From Patescibacteria group bacterium (lineage in GTDB: Bacteria > Patescibacteriota > Patescibacteriia > UBA9570): 64,000 nt of DNA. The stretch spans positions 68,260 to 132,259 of the forward strand of contig JBAYIY010000003.1 of NCBI GenBank assembly GCA_041665365.1. Direction: 5' to 3'. A program made the position numbers and the translations under genes. The notes beneath the pieces are model-generated. The model was given only the letters and a program-made list of their open reading frames with translations, made no database searches and was not told the DNA's origin. Positions 10,981-20,749 of the stretch are shown here, piece after piece. The stretch's first letter is position 1, and each line of letters starts with the position of its first letter.

Positions 10981-11808
10981 ATGAATATTTTAAAAAAATT
11001 TTATCGAGCTCTCGTGATATTGCACATTTGGACAATAAAACAATATCAAAAAAAAATTGTCACACCTTGTAAGCGTTTAAGGGCGTATTATAAATTTAGA
11101 TTTGTATTTCCTAAGCTTGGAAGCAGTCCCATAAAAGATTTAAATTTATATGAGGCAAAAGTATATTCTCAAAATGGAGAAGATGGAATAATCAAAGCAA
11201 TTTTTCAAAAAATCGGCACAACTAATAAATATGCGGTAGAAATTGGTGTTGAAGATGGCACTGAATGTAACACTCGTTATTTAATTCAAAAAGCTGGTTG
11301 GAAATCATTACAATTAGATGGTTCAGACAATAATTCACCCCAAATCAAACAGGAGTTTATTACAGCGGAAAACATTAATATTTTGTTAAAAAAATATGCT
11401 GTACCAACTGAGTTTGATTTACTATCAGTGGATATCGATTACAATACCTATTGGGTATGGAAGGCGATTGAGCAGTACTCACCTCGCGTTGTGATTGTAG
11501 AATATAACGCAGCCTTTCCACCAACCGAGAGTAAAGCAGTCGAATATGATCCAAATGGAGTGTGGGATAGTACTAATTATTTTGGGGCTAGTTTGTTAGC
11601 TTTTGTGAACCTTGGAAAATTAAAAAATTACACTTTAATTGCTTGTGATAATAGAGGAGTAAATGCTTTTTTTGTGCGCAATGATTTAGCCAATAATTTT
11701 GTTAGCAAAGACATTATTGAGATTTATAAAGCCCCCCAATATGGGCAAAAGGTTAAAGGTAAATATATTGGTAAGCCAGTCAGTAAAAAAAAGATGATGA
11801 CGGTATAA
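10981..11808 (+). CDS. Hypothetical protein, possibly methyltransferase-like
   Basis: It is soluble and lacks a clear motif. The stretch QNGEDGIIKAIFQKIG...EIGVEDG is only weakly reminiscent of FkbM-type methyltransferases. It heads the NeuB operon. Confidence 0.3.
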   Translation: MNILKKFYRALVILHIWTIKQYQKKIVTPCKRLRAYYKFRFVFPKLGSSPIKDLNLYEAKVYSQNGEDGIIKAIFQKIGTTNKYAVEIGVEDGTECNTRYLIQKAGWKSLQLDGSDNNSPQIKQEFITAENINILLKKYAVPTEFDLLSVDIDYNTYWVWKAIEQYSPRVVIVEYNAAFPPTESKAVEYDPNGVWDSTNYFGASLLAFVNLGKLKNYTLIACDNRGVNAFFVRNDLANNFVSKDIIEIYKAPQYGQKVKGKYIGKPVSKKKMMTV

Positions 11809-11843
11809 GTTGTTTTAATACTGTTAGGTGCTATAATGCGATC

Positions 11844-12887
11844 ATGAGAGAGCTACAAATCGGTCAAACAATCATTAATGATAACAGTGATTGTTTTGTT
11901 ATTGCTGAAATTGGGCATAATCATCAAGGTAATCTAGAAACCTGTAAGTCTATGTTTAAGGCCGCCAAAGAAGCAGGAGCAAGTGCTGTTAAAATTCAAA
12001 AGCGAGATAATAAATTTTTATACACAAAAGATTTTTATAACTCACCATATAATTCAGAAAATGCCTATGCTCCAACCTACGGTGAGCATCGTGATTTTTT
12101 AGAGTTTGGAGAAGCTGAATATCAAGAGCTAAAACGTTACGCCGCAGAATTGGATATTATTTTTTTCGCTACACCTTTTGATGTGCACAGTGTCGAGTTT
12201 ATGGAGAAGTTAGATACTCCGATGTATAAAACAGCCTCAGCCGAGCTAACCAATATTCCATTCTTAGAATATGTTGCCAAAAAAGGTAAGCCGATGATTA
12301 TTAGTACTGGAGCAGCTACGATGGAGGATGTTGAGCGCGCCTATAATGCTGTGACCGCGATAAATAAAAATGTTGCTTTATTACAATGCACGGCTACCTA
12401 CCCAACACCACCAGAAGTAATCAATTTACGTGTGTTAGAGACGTATCGGAAAAAATTTCCGGATGCAGTAGTTGGTTTATCAACTCATTTTAGTGGCATT
12501 GTCATGGGTCCGGTAATGTATACCTTAGGCGGTCGTATTATTGAACAACATTTCACCATTAACCGCGCCATGAAGGGGACGGATCAAGCTTTTTCATTGG
12601 AACCAGTCGGATTAAGCAAAATGATTCGTGATATGAAACGAACGCGCTTAGCCTTGGGTGATGGTAAAAAAGTATTATTGGATGCGGAAATTCCTGCTAG
12701 TATTAAGATGGCCAAAAAAATTGTGGCCGCTAAAAATTTACCGGCTGGTCATGTTCTAACTGAAGCTGATTTAGCTTTCAAATCTCCCGGTGATGGCTTA
12801 AAACCATACCATGCTCAAGAATTATATGGCAAGACTTTGAAAGTACCTTTGCAGGAAGATGAAGAATTGTCTCTCGATCATGTCTAA
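11844..12887 (+). CDS. neuB: NeuB-family nonulosonic acid synthase (sialic acid, pseudaminic/legionaminic acid or KDN-9-P synthase family)
   Basis: The N-terminus CFVIAEIGHNHQGNLETCKSMFKAAKEAGASAVKIQKR matches the NeuB TIM-barrel signature. A C-terminal SAF-like domain (LPAGHVLTEADLAFKSPGDGL) is present. Confidence 0.85.
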   Translation: MRELQIGQTIINDNSDCFVIAEIGHNHQGNLETCKSMFKAAKEAGASAVKIQKRDNKFLYTKDFYNSPYNSENAYAPTYGEHRDFLEFGEAEYQELKRYAAELDIIFFATPFDVHSVEFMEKLDTPMYKTASAELTNIPFLEYVAKKGKPMIISTGAATMEDVERAYNAVTAINKNVALLQCTATYPTPPEVINLRVLETYRKKFPDAVVGLSTHFSGIVMGPVMYTLGGRIIEQHFTINRAMKGTDQAFSLEPVGLSKMIRDMKRTRLALGDGKKVLLDAEIPASIKMAKKIVAAKNLPAGHVLTEADLAFKSPGDGLKPYHAQELYGKTLKVPLQEDEELSLDHV

Positions 12888-13383
12888 GGCATTACCACAG
12901 CTTGCAACTACTACCAAGACTAAATTAGTCGTGTTTGATTTCGACGGTGTGTTTACAGATAATACAGTTTGGACAGATCAACATGGCAATGAATCGGTGC
13001 GGTGCTGGCGCAGTGATGGGCTTGGCTTAGTAAAACTTAAAAATCTTGGAATAAAAATTTATGTTCTGTCCACCGAAGAAAATCCAGTTGTAGCAGCACG
13101 GTGCAAAAAATTGAAAATACCGTGTATACCTGGTGTGAATGATAAAAAAGCGGCTTTGCTTAAATTGATGACAGATCAGGGGGTATCATCTGACAATACA
13201 ATTTATGTTGGTAATGACATTAATGATGTCGAGTGTTTAACCTTAGTTGATTGCTCCATTGTCGTAGCTGATGCTTATCCGGCAGCACTTAAAGTGGCGA
13301 AATATCGAACCACTAAGCCAGGTGGTTATGGTGCAGTGAGAGAGATTTGTGATTGGATAAATAATAATTATGGAAAAAAATAA
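12880..13383 (+). CDS. KdsC-type HAD phosphatase (KDO-8-P or nonulosonate-9-P phosphatase family)
   Basis: HAD motif I (VVFDFDGVFTDN) and motif IV (GNDINDVE) are present. The 174-aa size is typical of KdsC or KDN-9-P phosphatase. The ATG at 12880 overlaps the NeuB stop. Confidence 0.7.
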   Translation: MSKALPQLATTTKTKLVVFDFDGVFTDNTVWTDQHGNESVRCWRSDGLGLVKLKNLGIKIYVLSTEENPVVAARCKKLKIPCIPGVNDKKAALLKLMTDQGVSSDNTIYVGNDINDVECLTLVDCSIVVADAYPAALKVAKYRTTKPGGYGAVREICDWINNNYGKK

Positions 13384-14119
13384 TATATTTTCATTAGTAG
13401 GTAAAGTGGCCGTTGTTACCGGAGCCAAAGGAAAATTAGGTCGAGTTTGGGTTGAAACTCTTAAGCAAGCCGGTGCTAAAGTGGCTGAGCTTGATTTACC
13501 TGAAGCTGATGTTACTAACAAAGCCTCCCTCGAGGTGGCTCGCCAAATGATTGAAGCCGATCTTGGTGTGGTAGATATTTTGATCAACAACGCTGGTATC
13601 GATCAACCACCTAACCAACCAACGAAAACATTTTTATTAGAAGATTTTTCTGGAGATATTTTTAAACAGGTGTTAGATGTTAACGTAGTAGGAGCATTTT
13701 ATTGTATGCAAGTTTTTGGTAAGAGTATGGTACAACAACAACATGGTTCCATTATTAATATTGGTTCTTTGTATGCTTCAGTTTCACCTGATGCGCGGTT
13801 TTATGATCACTTAAAAAATGATCCACCTTTTTTAAAGCCACCTGTCTATGGAGCGTCGAAAGCCGCTTTAGTTCAATTAACTAAATATTTTGCTACTCAT
13901 TGGGGTGATTACAATGTTCGGGTTAATACTTTGTCACCAGGTGGAATTGAGGGAGGGCAAGACAGTGAGTTTAAACGTAAATTTAATGAGCGTGTGCCGC
14001 TGGGTCGAATGGGTAGCACAACTGATCTGGTTGGACCGCTCCTTTTTCTTGCTTCAGATGCTTCTGGTTATATGACCGGCCAAGAATTGATTATCGACGG
14101 TGGCTTTACGGCTTGGTAG
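13370..14119 (+). CDS. SDR-family oxidoreductase
   Basis: The Rossmann motif VAVVTGAKGKLG and the catalytic Y...K motif (YGASKAAL) are present. Confidence 0.75.
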   Translation: MEKNNIFSLVGKVAVVTGAKGKLGRVWVETLKQAGAKVAELDLPEADVTNKASLEVARQMIEADLGVVDILINNAGIDQPPNQPTKTFLLEDFSGDIFKQVLDVNVVGAFYCMQVFGKSMVQQQHGSIINIGSLYASVSPDARFYDHLKNDPPFLKPPVYGASKAALVQLTKYFATHWGDYNVRVNTLSPGGIEGGQDSEFKRKFNERVPLGRMGSTTDLVGPLLFLASDASGYMTGQELIIDGGFTAW

Positions 14120-14142
14120 AAAATTGATACAGTAGAGCCCTT

Positions 14143-15582
14143 ATGGCGTACCCCAAGATGGTGCAACACTGGATCAATAACCAGATAGCTACCAGTACCA
14201 CTGGTCAATTTTATGATAAGTTAAATCCGGCCACAGGAGCATCATTAGCTCAGGTAACACGGGGTGGAGCCGTAGACGTAGCATTGGCCGTGCAGGCTGC
14301 TTTGGCAGCAACCAAACAGTGGCAGGAAACTAGTATTATGCAGCGCGCTGAGTTATTACGGGCGGTGGCTCAACTCATTCAACAGCGCAGTGCCGAAATT
14401 GCCGAGATTGTTAATTTGGAGACAGGTAAGTCGATAGTTGATGCGACCGGAGAAGCAAAAGCAGCTATGGAAATGGGGTTTTTTGTGGCCGGTGAAGGAC
14501 GCCGCTATTATGGTAAAACTACTACCAGTAGTATGCCGCACCGTACGGCTATGATTGTGCGCCAGCCAATTGGAGTATGTGGTTTAATTATTGCCGCCAA
14601 CACTCCATTGCCGAATGTGGCTTGGAAAGCATTTCCAGCCTTGCTGTGTGGTAACACTGTAGTACTAAAACCATCTGAGGATATTCCATATACAGCTATT
14701 TGGTTCGCTGAATTACTCAAAGAGGTAGGTATACCGGCTGGCGTGTTTAATGTGGTTCAAGGCTTTGGTACGGAAGTTGGCGTACCGCTTGTGGCAGATG
14801 AGCGTGTGAAATTAATTAGTTTCACTGGTTCGGTACCAGTTGGAAAACAAATCAACAAAATTGCCGGTGAACGCTTGGCAAAAGTTTGTTTAGAATTAGG
14901 CGGTAAAAACCCCTTTGTGGTTTGTGATGATGCCGATTTGGAAGCGGCGGCAGATTTTGCGGTGCAGTCAGCTTTTTCTAATGCTGGTCAACGGTGTGCC
15001 GCCGGTAGTCGTATTATCGTGTTTGCATCTGTTTATGATAAATTTAAAACTCTATTTCTCGAACAAGCTAAACGGTATAGCACTGGCCCAGTGATAAATG
15101 AGAAGCAGTTAAATAACATGGCGGCAGCGGTTGAACGGGCAGTAGAGGCTGGTGCTACGTTATTGTTGGGTGGGAAAAGATTAACCGATAGCGAACATGT
15201 TTCTGGATTTTATTATGCACCAACTATTTTAGAAGGAGCTAAACCAACTGATGCTATTTCTTGCGCAGAATTATTCGGACCGATTACTGTTTTATATCAA
15301 GTAAATAATTTTCAGGAAGCACTAGATTTAGCTAATAGCACTGAGTTTGCCTTAACGGCTGCCGTTCATACCAGCTCAATTCATCGCAGCCAAGAATTTC
15401 AAGATAAATGTGTGGCGGGTGTTATTTCAGTGAATGGGCCATCACATGGCAGCGAACCACATTTACCCTTTGGTGGAGAAAAGAATTCTGGCACTGGTTG
15501 GCGAGAAGCCGGTACTGAGGCGTTAGATGTCTATTCCGATTGGAAAACAGTTTATATTAAACATAATCCCAGTCATGTTTAG
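14143..15582 (+). CDS. NAD(P)-dependent aldehyde dehydrogenase family protein
   Basis: The Glu motif LELGGKNP and the Cys motif FSNAGQRCAAGSR are present. The 479-aa length fits the family. Confidence 0.8.
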   Translation: MAYPKMVQHWINNQIATSTTGQFYDKLNPATGASLAQVTRGGAVDVALAVQAALAATKQWQETSIMQRAELLRAVAQLIQQRSAEIAEIVNLETGKSIVDATGEAKAAMEMGFFVAGEGRRYYGKTTTSSMPHRTAMIVRQPIGVCGLIIAANTPLPNVAWKAFPALLCGNTVVLKPSEDIPYTAIWFAELLKEVGIPAGVFNVVQGFGTEVGVPLVADERVKLISFTGSVPVGKQINKIAGERLAKVCLELGGKNPFVVCDDADLEAAADFAVQSAFSNAGQRCAAGSRIIVFASVYDKFKTLFLEQAKRYSTGPVINEKQLNNMAAAVERAVEAGATLLLGGKRLTDSEHVSGFYYAPTILEGAKPTDAISCAELFGPITVLYQVNNFQEALDLANSTEFALTAAVHTSSIHRSQEFQDKCVAGVISVNGPSHGSEPHLPFGGEKNSGTGWREAGTEALDVYSDWKTVYIKHNPSHV

Positions 15583-16297
15583 TTGTGTTGCTCTCATTCC
15601 CGCTCGAGCTGGTTCAAAGCGCGTAGCAAATAAAAATGTTAAGTTGCTCAATGGACATCCTTTGTTGGCTTATACTATTGTTGCAGCTAAACAAGCTGGC
15701 ATATTTACTGATGTTATAGTGTCTACTGATAGTAAAGATATTGCAAAAATAGCAGAACAGTATGGGGCAACTGTATTTGGGCTACGTCCTGCTGAATTAG
15801 CAACGGATAACTCGCCTGATATAAAATGGGTGCAATATGTTTTAAAACAGTTAATGAAACCGACCGATGCTTTTGCCATACTACGTCCTACTAGCCCATT
15901 TCGGCAGGTCAATACCATTCAACGCGCTTGGCAAGAGTTTTCTACTAAACACGTTGATTCTATTCGAGCAGTAGAATTATGCAAACAACATCCCGCTAAA
16001 ATGTGGCGCGTAGTTGATGATCAGATGGAACCAATTATGAGTAATCCAGATTTAACCGCGACACCCTGGCATAGTTCACCCTATCAAACTTTGCCAAAAG
16101 TGTATGCGCAAAATGCCAGTTTAGAAATAGCTTGGTGTCGTATACCACTAGAACAAGGTACTATTTCTGGTAAGTTTATTGCACCATTTTTTACTACTGG
16201 TTATGATGGTTTTGATATTAATTTGCCAGAGGATTGGGTCGTGGCCGAGTATTTAATTAAACAACACTTAGTTACTTTACCAAATATAGTGCTATGA
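15575..16297 (+). CDS. neuA: NeuA/KdsB-family CMP-nonulosonate (acylneuraminate) cytidylyltransferase
   Basis: The motif VALIPARAGSKRVANKNVKLLNGHPLLAYTI is the cytidylyltransferase P-loop-like signature. The ATG at 15575 overlaps the aldehyde dehydrogenase stop by 8 nt. Confidence 0.8.
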   Translation: MFSCVALIPARAGSKRVANKNVKLLNGHPLLAYTIVAAKQAGIFTDVIVSTDSKDIAKIAEQYGATVFGLRPAELATDNSPDIKWVQYVLKQLMKPTDAFAILRPTSPFRQVNTIQRAWQEFSTKHVDSIRAVELCKQHPAKMWRVVDDQMEPIMSNPDLTATPWHSSPYQTLPKVYAQNASLEIAWCRIPLEQGTISGKFIAPFFTTGYDGFDINLPEDWVVAEYLIKQHLVTLPNIVL

Positions 16298-18135
16298 AAT
16301 TATCATTCGTGCCATTATCCGAAATTCAGCGTTTACGGCGAACTATTACTGACCCTGTAAAACAAGTTAGGGTGCTCGCTACAGTGTTTCGCATCAATAC
16401 ACTGTATATGATCGCCCAAGCTGGTTCTGGGCATATTGGTTCCAGTTTTAGTGCCATGGATATAGTAACGTGGTTGCATCTCAATGTGCTGGGAAAAGAC
16501 GATGTCTATTTTTCATCGAAAGGTCATGATGCTCCGGGGTTGTACTCTATTTTATTAGGTTTAGAAAAAATACCCTTCGAAAAAATTCATACCCTAAGAC
16601 GGTTAGGTGGTTTGCCCGGTCATCCTGATATTGTGAATACACCTTGTATAGTAACTAACACTGGTTCATTAGGTATGGGAATTGCCAAAGCCAGAGGTAT
16701 GGCTTTAGCTAGACGCTTAAACAAACGGCCAGGCAGATTTTTTGTGCTCACAGGGGATGGTGAATTACAAGAAGGACAGAATTGGGAATCTTTACAACCG
16801 ACTGCTAATGGGCATTATGGAGAAATTACCGTGATCGTGGATCATAATAAAATGCAATCGGATACTTGGGTAAAAAAAGTGAGTGATCTTGGTAATTTGG
16901 AAAAAAAGTTTGCGGCTTTTGGTTGGGAAGTAGCCAGAATTGATGGCCATAATTTGTTACAATTTTCTGAAACTTTAGAGCGATTTAATAATATCACTGA
17001 CAAACCTAAAGTTATTATTGCTGACACTATCAAGGGTAAAGGAGTAAGCTTCATGGAAGGCAACTCATTAGGCGAAGATGAACTGTATAAGTTTCATAGT
17101 GGTGCACCCAGTGCCGATAACTACGCTAAGGCTTTAACTGAATTACTAAAACAAGTGGAAGTGACAGATTTAGTTTTAGAACAACGTGAGGCTTTAGCAA
17201 AATATACCACCAGCTCTCAACCGCAGAAATTGATATCAGCCTATGGTGCTGAACTTAAAACTATTGGTGATGAACACGCAGAAGTTGTAGTGTTAGATGC
17301 AGATCTAATGTTAGACACCGGTTTGATTCCGTTTAAAGAAGCACATCCTGACCGTTTTGTTGAATGTGGCATTGCTGAACAAGATATGGTGTCTTTGGCC
17401 GGGGGCTTAGCTTTATCTGGCAAATTACCTATCGTGCATTCTTTTGCCTGTTTTTTATCAACTCGACCCAATGAACAGATTTATAATAATGCCACAGAAG
17501 AAACTAAAATTATTTACGCTGGTTCATTGGCTGGAATATTGCCAGCCGGACCAGGCCACTCGCACCAATCAGTGCGCGACATTTCTATATTAGGCTCCAT
17601 TCCCGGCTTAACATTAATTGCACCGAGTTGCGAACAAGAAGTGCGTTTAACTTTACGCTGGGCTGTAGAAAAAAATCCACTCAGTACTTATATTCGTTTA
17701 GAAAGTTTACCAATTGATTTACCATTTTCATTGCCGAAAAGTTATTCATTGCAAGTTGGCTTGGGTCAAACCATTTATTCCGGCCATGATATTGCCCTAG
17801 TAGGGTATGGTCCAACTCTGTTGAAACAAGCTTATTTAGCGGCTCAACAATTAGCCAAAGAAAATATTAGTGTGGCGGTATATGACTTTCCATGGCTAAA
17901 TAATATTAGTGATAAATTTATTACAGAGTTGTGTAAATATCAGACGGTGTTAACCTTGGATAATCATTATCTACAATTTAGCCAAGGTATGATGATTCGA
18001 GCGCATGTACCTCAAGCTGTTAGTCTTGGTCTGACTGACGTGCCGGTCTGTGGCCAAAATGATGAGGTGTTAACAAATTCTGGTTTAGACATCAGTAGTA
18101 TAATAAATGTCGTTAAAACACATAGTAAAAAATAA
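16294..18135 (+). CDS. Fused transketolase-family enzyme (thiamine-diphosphate binding N-half plus pyrimidine-binding C-half)
   Basis: The N-half shows SGHIGSSFSAMDIV and GDGELQEGQNWE, the thiamine-diphosphate GDG box. The C-half shows ECGIAEQDMVSLAGGLALSGKLP. The start overlaps as ATGA. Confidence 0.8.
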   Translation: MKLSFVPLSEIQRLRRTITDPVKQVRVLATVFRINTLYMIAQAGSGHIGSSFSAMDIVTWLHLNVLGKDDVYFSSKGHDAPGLYSILLGLEKIPFEKIHTLRRLGGLPGHPDIVNTPCIVTNTGSLGMGIAKARGMALARRLNKRPGRFFVLTGDGELQEGQNWESLQPTANGHYGEITVIVDHNKMQSDTWVKKVSDLGNLEKKFAAFGWEVARIDGHNLLQFSETLERFNNITDKPKVIIADTIKGKGVSFMEGNSLGEDELYKFHSGAPSADNYAKALTELLKQVEVTDLVLEQREALAKYTTSSQPQKLISAYGAELKTIGDEHAEVVVLDADLMLDTGLIPFKEAHPDRFVECGIAEQDMVSLAGGLALSGKLPIVHSFACFLSTRPNEQIYNNATEETKIIYAGSLAGILPAGPGHSHQSVRDISILGSIPGLTLIAPSCEQEVRLTLRWAVEKNPLSTYIRLESLPIDLPFSLPKSYSLQVGLGQTIYSGHDIALVGYGPTLLKQAYLAAQQLAKENISVAVYDFPWLNNISDKFITELCKYQTVLTLDNHYLQFSQGMMIRAHVPQAVSLGLTDVPVCGQNDEVLTNSGLDISSIINVVKTHSKK

Positions 18136-18137
18136 AT

Positions 18138-19796
18138 ATGCCATTATGGCGCCACATTTTAAGAGGTGGGATATTAGATAACATTTATAATTGGCGTCAT
18201 TTGAGTGCCGCTTTACAACAGTCATCTGCACAGGCTCAGACCAATCACTCTCCGCGGATATTACTAGCACCCAACGTGTACTGGGAACAGTTTATCAACA
18301 TGTATACATTATTGGCTGCGGCTTTGCGCTTGCGTGGTGCCCAAGTTGATGTGTTTTACGATGATATTCTTCCCGCCTGTGAAAAATGTACATACCATAA
18401 CAATGTGCATCATTTGGGGAGACATAAATTTGACCCAATTCGAATGCGTTGGATATGGAAACCGCTGGGCGTTAAATTATTACCTATTAGTCAGTTTTTA
18501 GATCAGGCGCAAATTAAGCAAGCAAAAAAACTTTCTAACGAAATACCTTTTTCGGAAATCGCAACAGTACAATTAGATAAAGTTAAAATCGGTGAGCATG
18601 CTTATGCTGGAGCGTTGCGGTATTTTGCGACAGGAACCTTAGATGGTCAGCCCAAGGCTGAACATGTTTTACGTCAATACTTATTAAGTGCCCTGTTAAT
18701 GAAATTTGCCACAGAGCGGTTGTTTAGTGAAAAACAGTACGATGTTGCCTGTTTTCATCATGGTATTTATGTACCCCAAGGTATTCTTGGAGAAGTGGCG
18801 CGTGCCAAGAAAATACGCGTAGTTAATTGGAATGTAGCCTATCGAGAAAAATGCTTTATTTTTTCTCATAATGATACCTATCACCATACATTATTAGATG
18901 AACCCACTAGTTGTTGGGAAAATATTTCTTGGACTGAAACTTTAGACAATAAAATTACGCAATATTTGGACAGTCGTCATACTGGCAGTAAAGATTGGAT
19001 TAGTTTCAATCGCTCACCGATAGAAAATACTAAAATAATTATTGATCAATTAAAAATTGATCCAAATAAACCAATCATTGTTTTATTAACCAATGTCATT
19101 TGGGATGCCCAGTTGCATTATAAAACCAACATTTATCCTAATATGATTGCTTGGGTTAATGATACCATTACATATTTTTCGAAACGGCCTGATTTACAAT
19201 TAGTTATTAGAATTCATCCGGCTGAAAAAAAGGGAACAATTCCATCACGGCAACCAATGTTAGCTGAAATAAACAAGGTTTTTCCTGTTCTACCAAAAAA
19301 TGTTGTGGTCATACCGCCAGATAGTTCGATTAGTACTTATGTAATTAGTAATTTGTGTAATGCTGCTATTATTTATGGTACTAAAACTGGCGTAGAGTTG
19401 GTGAGTAGCGGTATTCCAACCATTGTGGCTGGTGAGGCTTGGATTAAGCAAAAAGGTTTAACCATGGATCCGACAAGTGTTGCCGAGTATCATACGTTAT
19501 TAGATACATTACCCCTGTCCGGTAAACTTGACGTTGCTACAATAAAACGTGCGAAACAATATGCTTATCATTTTTTCTACCGGCGCATGATTCCAATTAA
19601 GTGTATTCAGTCTGGTAAGTTGATATTCTTTAAATTACATATCAACAGTTTGGGTGATTTGTTACCCGGAGCCGACCCTGGTTTAGATGTTATTTGTCGG
19701 GGGATTCTTACAGGAGATCCATTTATATATCCTGATGAAGAGATTAATGCTACAGCATCAGAAGGTCAGTCCACAGCCTGGCTAGACATGCGTTAA
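18138..19796 (+). CDS. Hypothetical protein; possibly a KpsC/KpsS- or TagF-like capsule/glycan transferase
   Basis: A C-terminal R-I-H-P motif is followed by a GT-B-like stretch (AIIYGTKTGVELVSSGIPTIVAG), which recalls CDP-glycerol or beta-Kdo transferase families. The match is weak. It sits last in the NeuB-NeuA operon. Confidence 0.3.
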   Translation: MPLWRHILRGGILDNIYNWRHLSAALQQSSAQAQTNHSPRILLAPNVYWEQFINMYTLLAAALRLRGAQVDVFYDDILPACEKCTYHNNVHHLGRHKFDPIRMRWIWKPLGVKLLPISQFLDQAQIKQAKKLSNEIPFSEIATVQLDKVKIGEHAYAGALRYFATGTLDGQPKAEHVLRQYLLSALLMKFATERLFSEKQYDVACFHHGIYVPQGILGEVARAKKIRVVNWNVAYREKCFIFSHNDTYHHTLLDEPTSCWENISWTETLDNKITQYLDSRHTGSKDWISFNRSPIENTKIIIDQLKIDPNKPIIVLLTNVIWDAQLHYKTNIYPNMIAWVNDTITYFSKRPDLQLVIRIHPAEKKGTIPSRQPMLAEINKVFPVLPKNVVVIPPDSSISTYVISNLCNAAIIYGTKTGVELVSSGIPTIVAGEAWIKQKGLTMDPTSVAEYHTLLDTLPLSGKLDVATIKRAKQYAYHFFYRRMIPIKCIQSGKLIFFKLHINSLGDLLPGADPGLDVICRGILTGDPFIYPDEEINATASEGQSTAWLDMR

Positions 19797-19822
19797 ATAA
19801 ACCTGTAATGTACTAAATTATT

Positions 19823-20638
19823 ATGAATAAAATCTATAAATTACTTTACCTCTTACGCGGTCGAAAACCATGGACATTAGGCTATGTACCATATAAAGAG
19901 GAAAAAATTGCCACTGCCTTGGCCGATGTAACTTTACTGGACAGGTTTGTTAATAGACAACCTTTACCGCCTGAGTTTGCTCAAAGATTGGATGAGCGTT
20001 TAGTCGAGTTTCCTTGGTTGATGTCTAGTTTGCCAAAAGAATCAGGAAAATTATTGGATGCCGGATCAACTATTAATCATTCGTACATTATCAACCAAAC
20101 AGTTTTGCAGAACAAAGATATAACAATAATGACATTAGCACCTGAAGATAAGAGTTTCTGGCAGAAACGAATTTCATATATCTACGGTGATTTACGCAAT
20201 GCTCCATTACGTGACAATTGGTTTGATAGTGTTACTTGTATTTCAACACTAGAACATGTTGGTATGGATAATTCCATTTACACGGCTGATAAACAATATC
20301 ATCAATCCGACACCACTTCTCATTTGAAAGTGATTGCTGAATTACAGCGCATGCTTAAGCCAGGAGGTAGATTATATTTAACTGTACCGTATGGTCTGTT
20401 TAAAGTAATGGGTTTTCAGCAAGTGTTTAATGCCGAAATGGTACAGAACGTTATCAAACAATTTGGTGGCAAAGTTATTGAGGAGACTTATTTTAAATAT
20501 ACAGTTGATGGTTGGCAATTAGCTCAAGCTGCAGACTGTGCTTCAATGGATTATTTTGATATCCATGTTACTAAACAATATGATGCCGATTATGCCGCCG
20601 CCGCTCGCGCCGTGGCTTGTTTAATCTTGGAAAAATAA
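19823..20638 (+). CDS. Putative SAM-dependent methyltransferase-like protein
   Basis: LLDAGSTIN resembles motif I, and ISTLEHVGMD and LKPGGRLYLTVP also resemble methyltransferase motifs. The match is weak. Confidence 0.4.
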   Translation: MNKIYKLLYLLRGRKPWTLGYVPYKEEKIATALADVTLLDRFVNRQPLPPEFAQRLDERLVEFPWLMSSLPKESGKLLDAGSTINHSYIINQTVLQNKDITIMTLAPEDKSFWQKRISYIYGDLRNAPLRDNWFDSVTCISTLEHVGMDNSIYTADKQYHQSDTTSHLKVIAELQRMLKPGGRLYLTVPYGLFKVMGFQQVFNAEMVQNVIKQFGGKVIEETYFKYTVDGWQLAQAADCASMDYFDIHVTKQYDADYAAAARAVACLILEK

Positions 20639-20749
20639 TGAAATTTATACAAACCTACTTATTTGGTCATCATTAAAAACGATCACATAATCACTAATAC
20701 TTGGCAGTTTGGTTTAAATAATTCGATTATTACTAAGAAGTAAAATAAA

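Noticed and set aside
13243-13590. 115-aa minus-strand ORF overlapping the phosphatase and SDR genes
   Set aside because: It is antisense to two well-supported plus-strand genes and has low-complexity composition.
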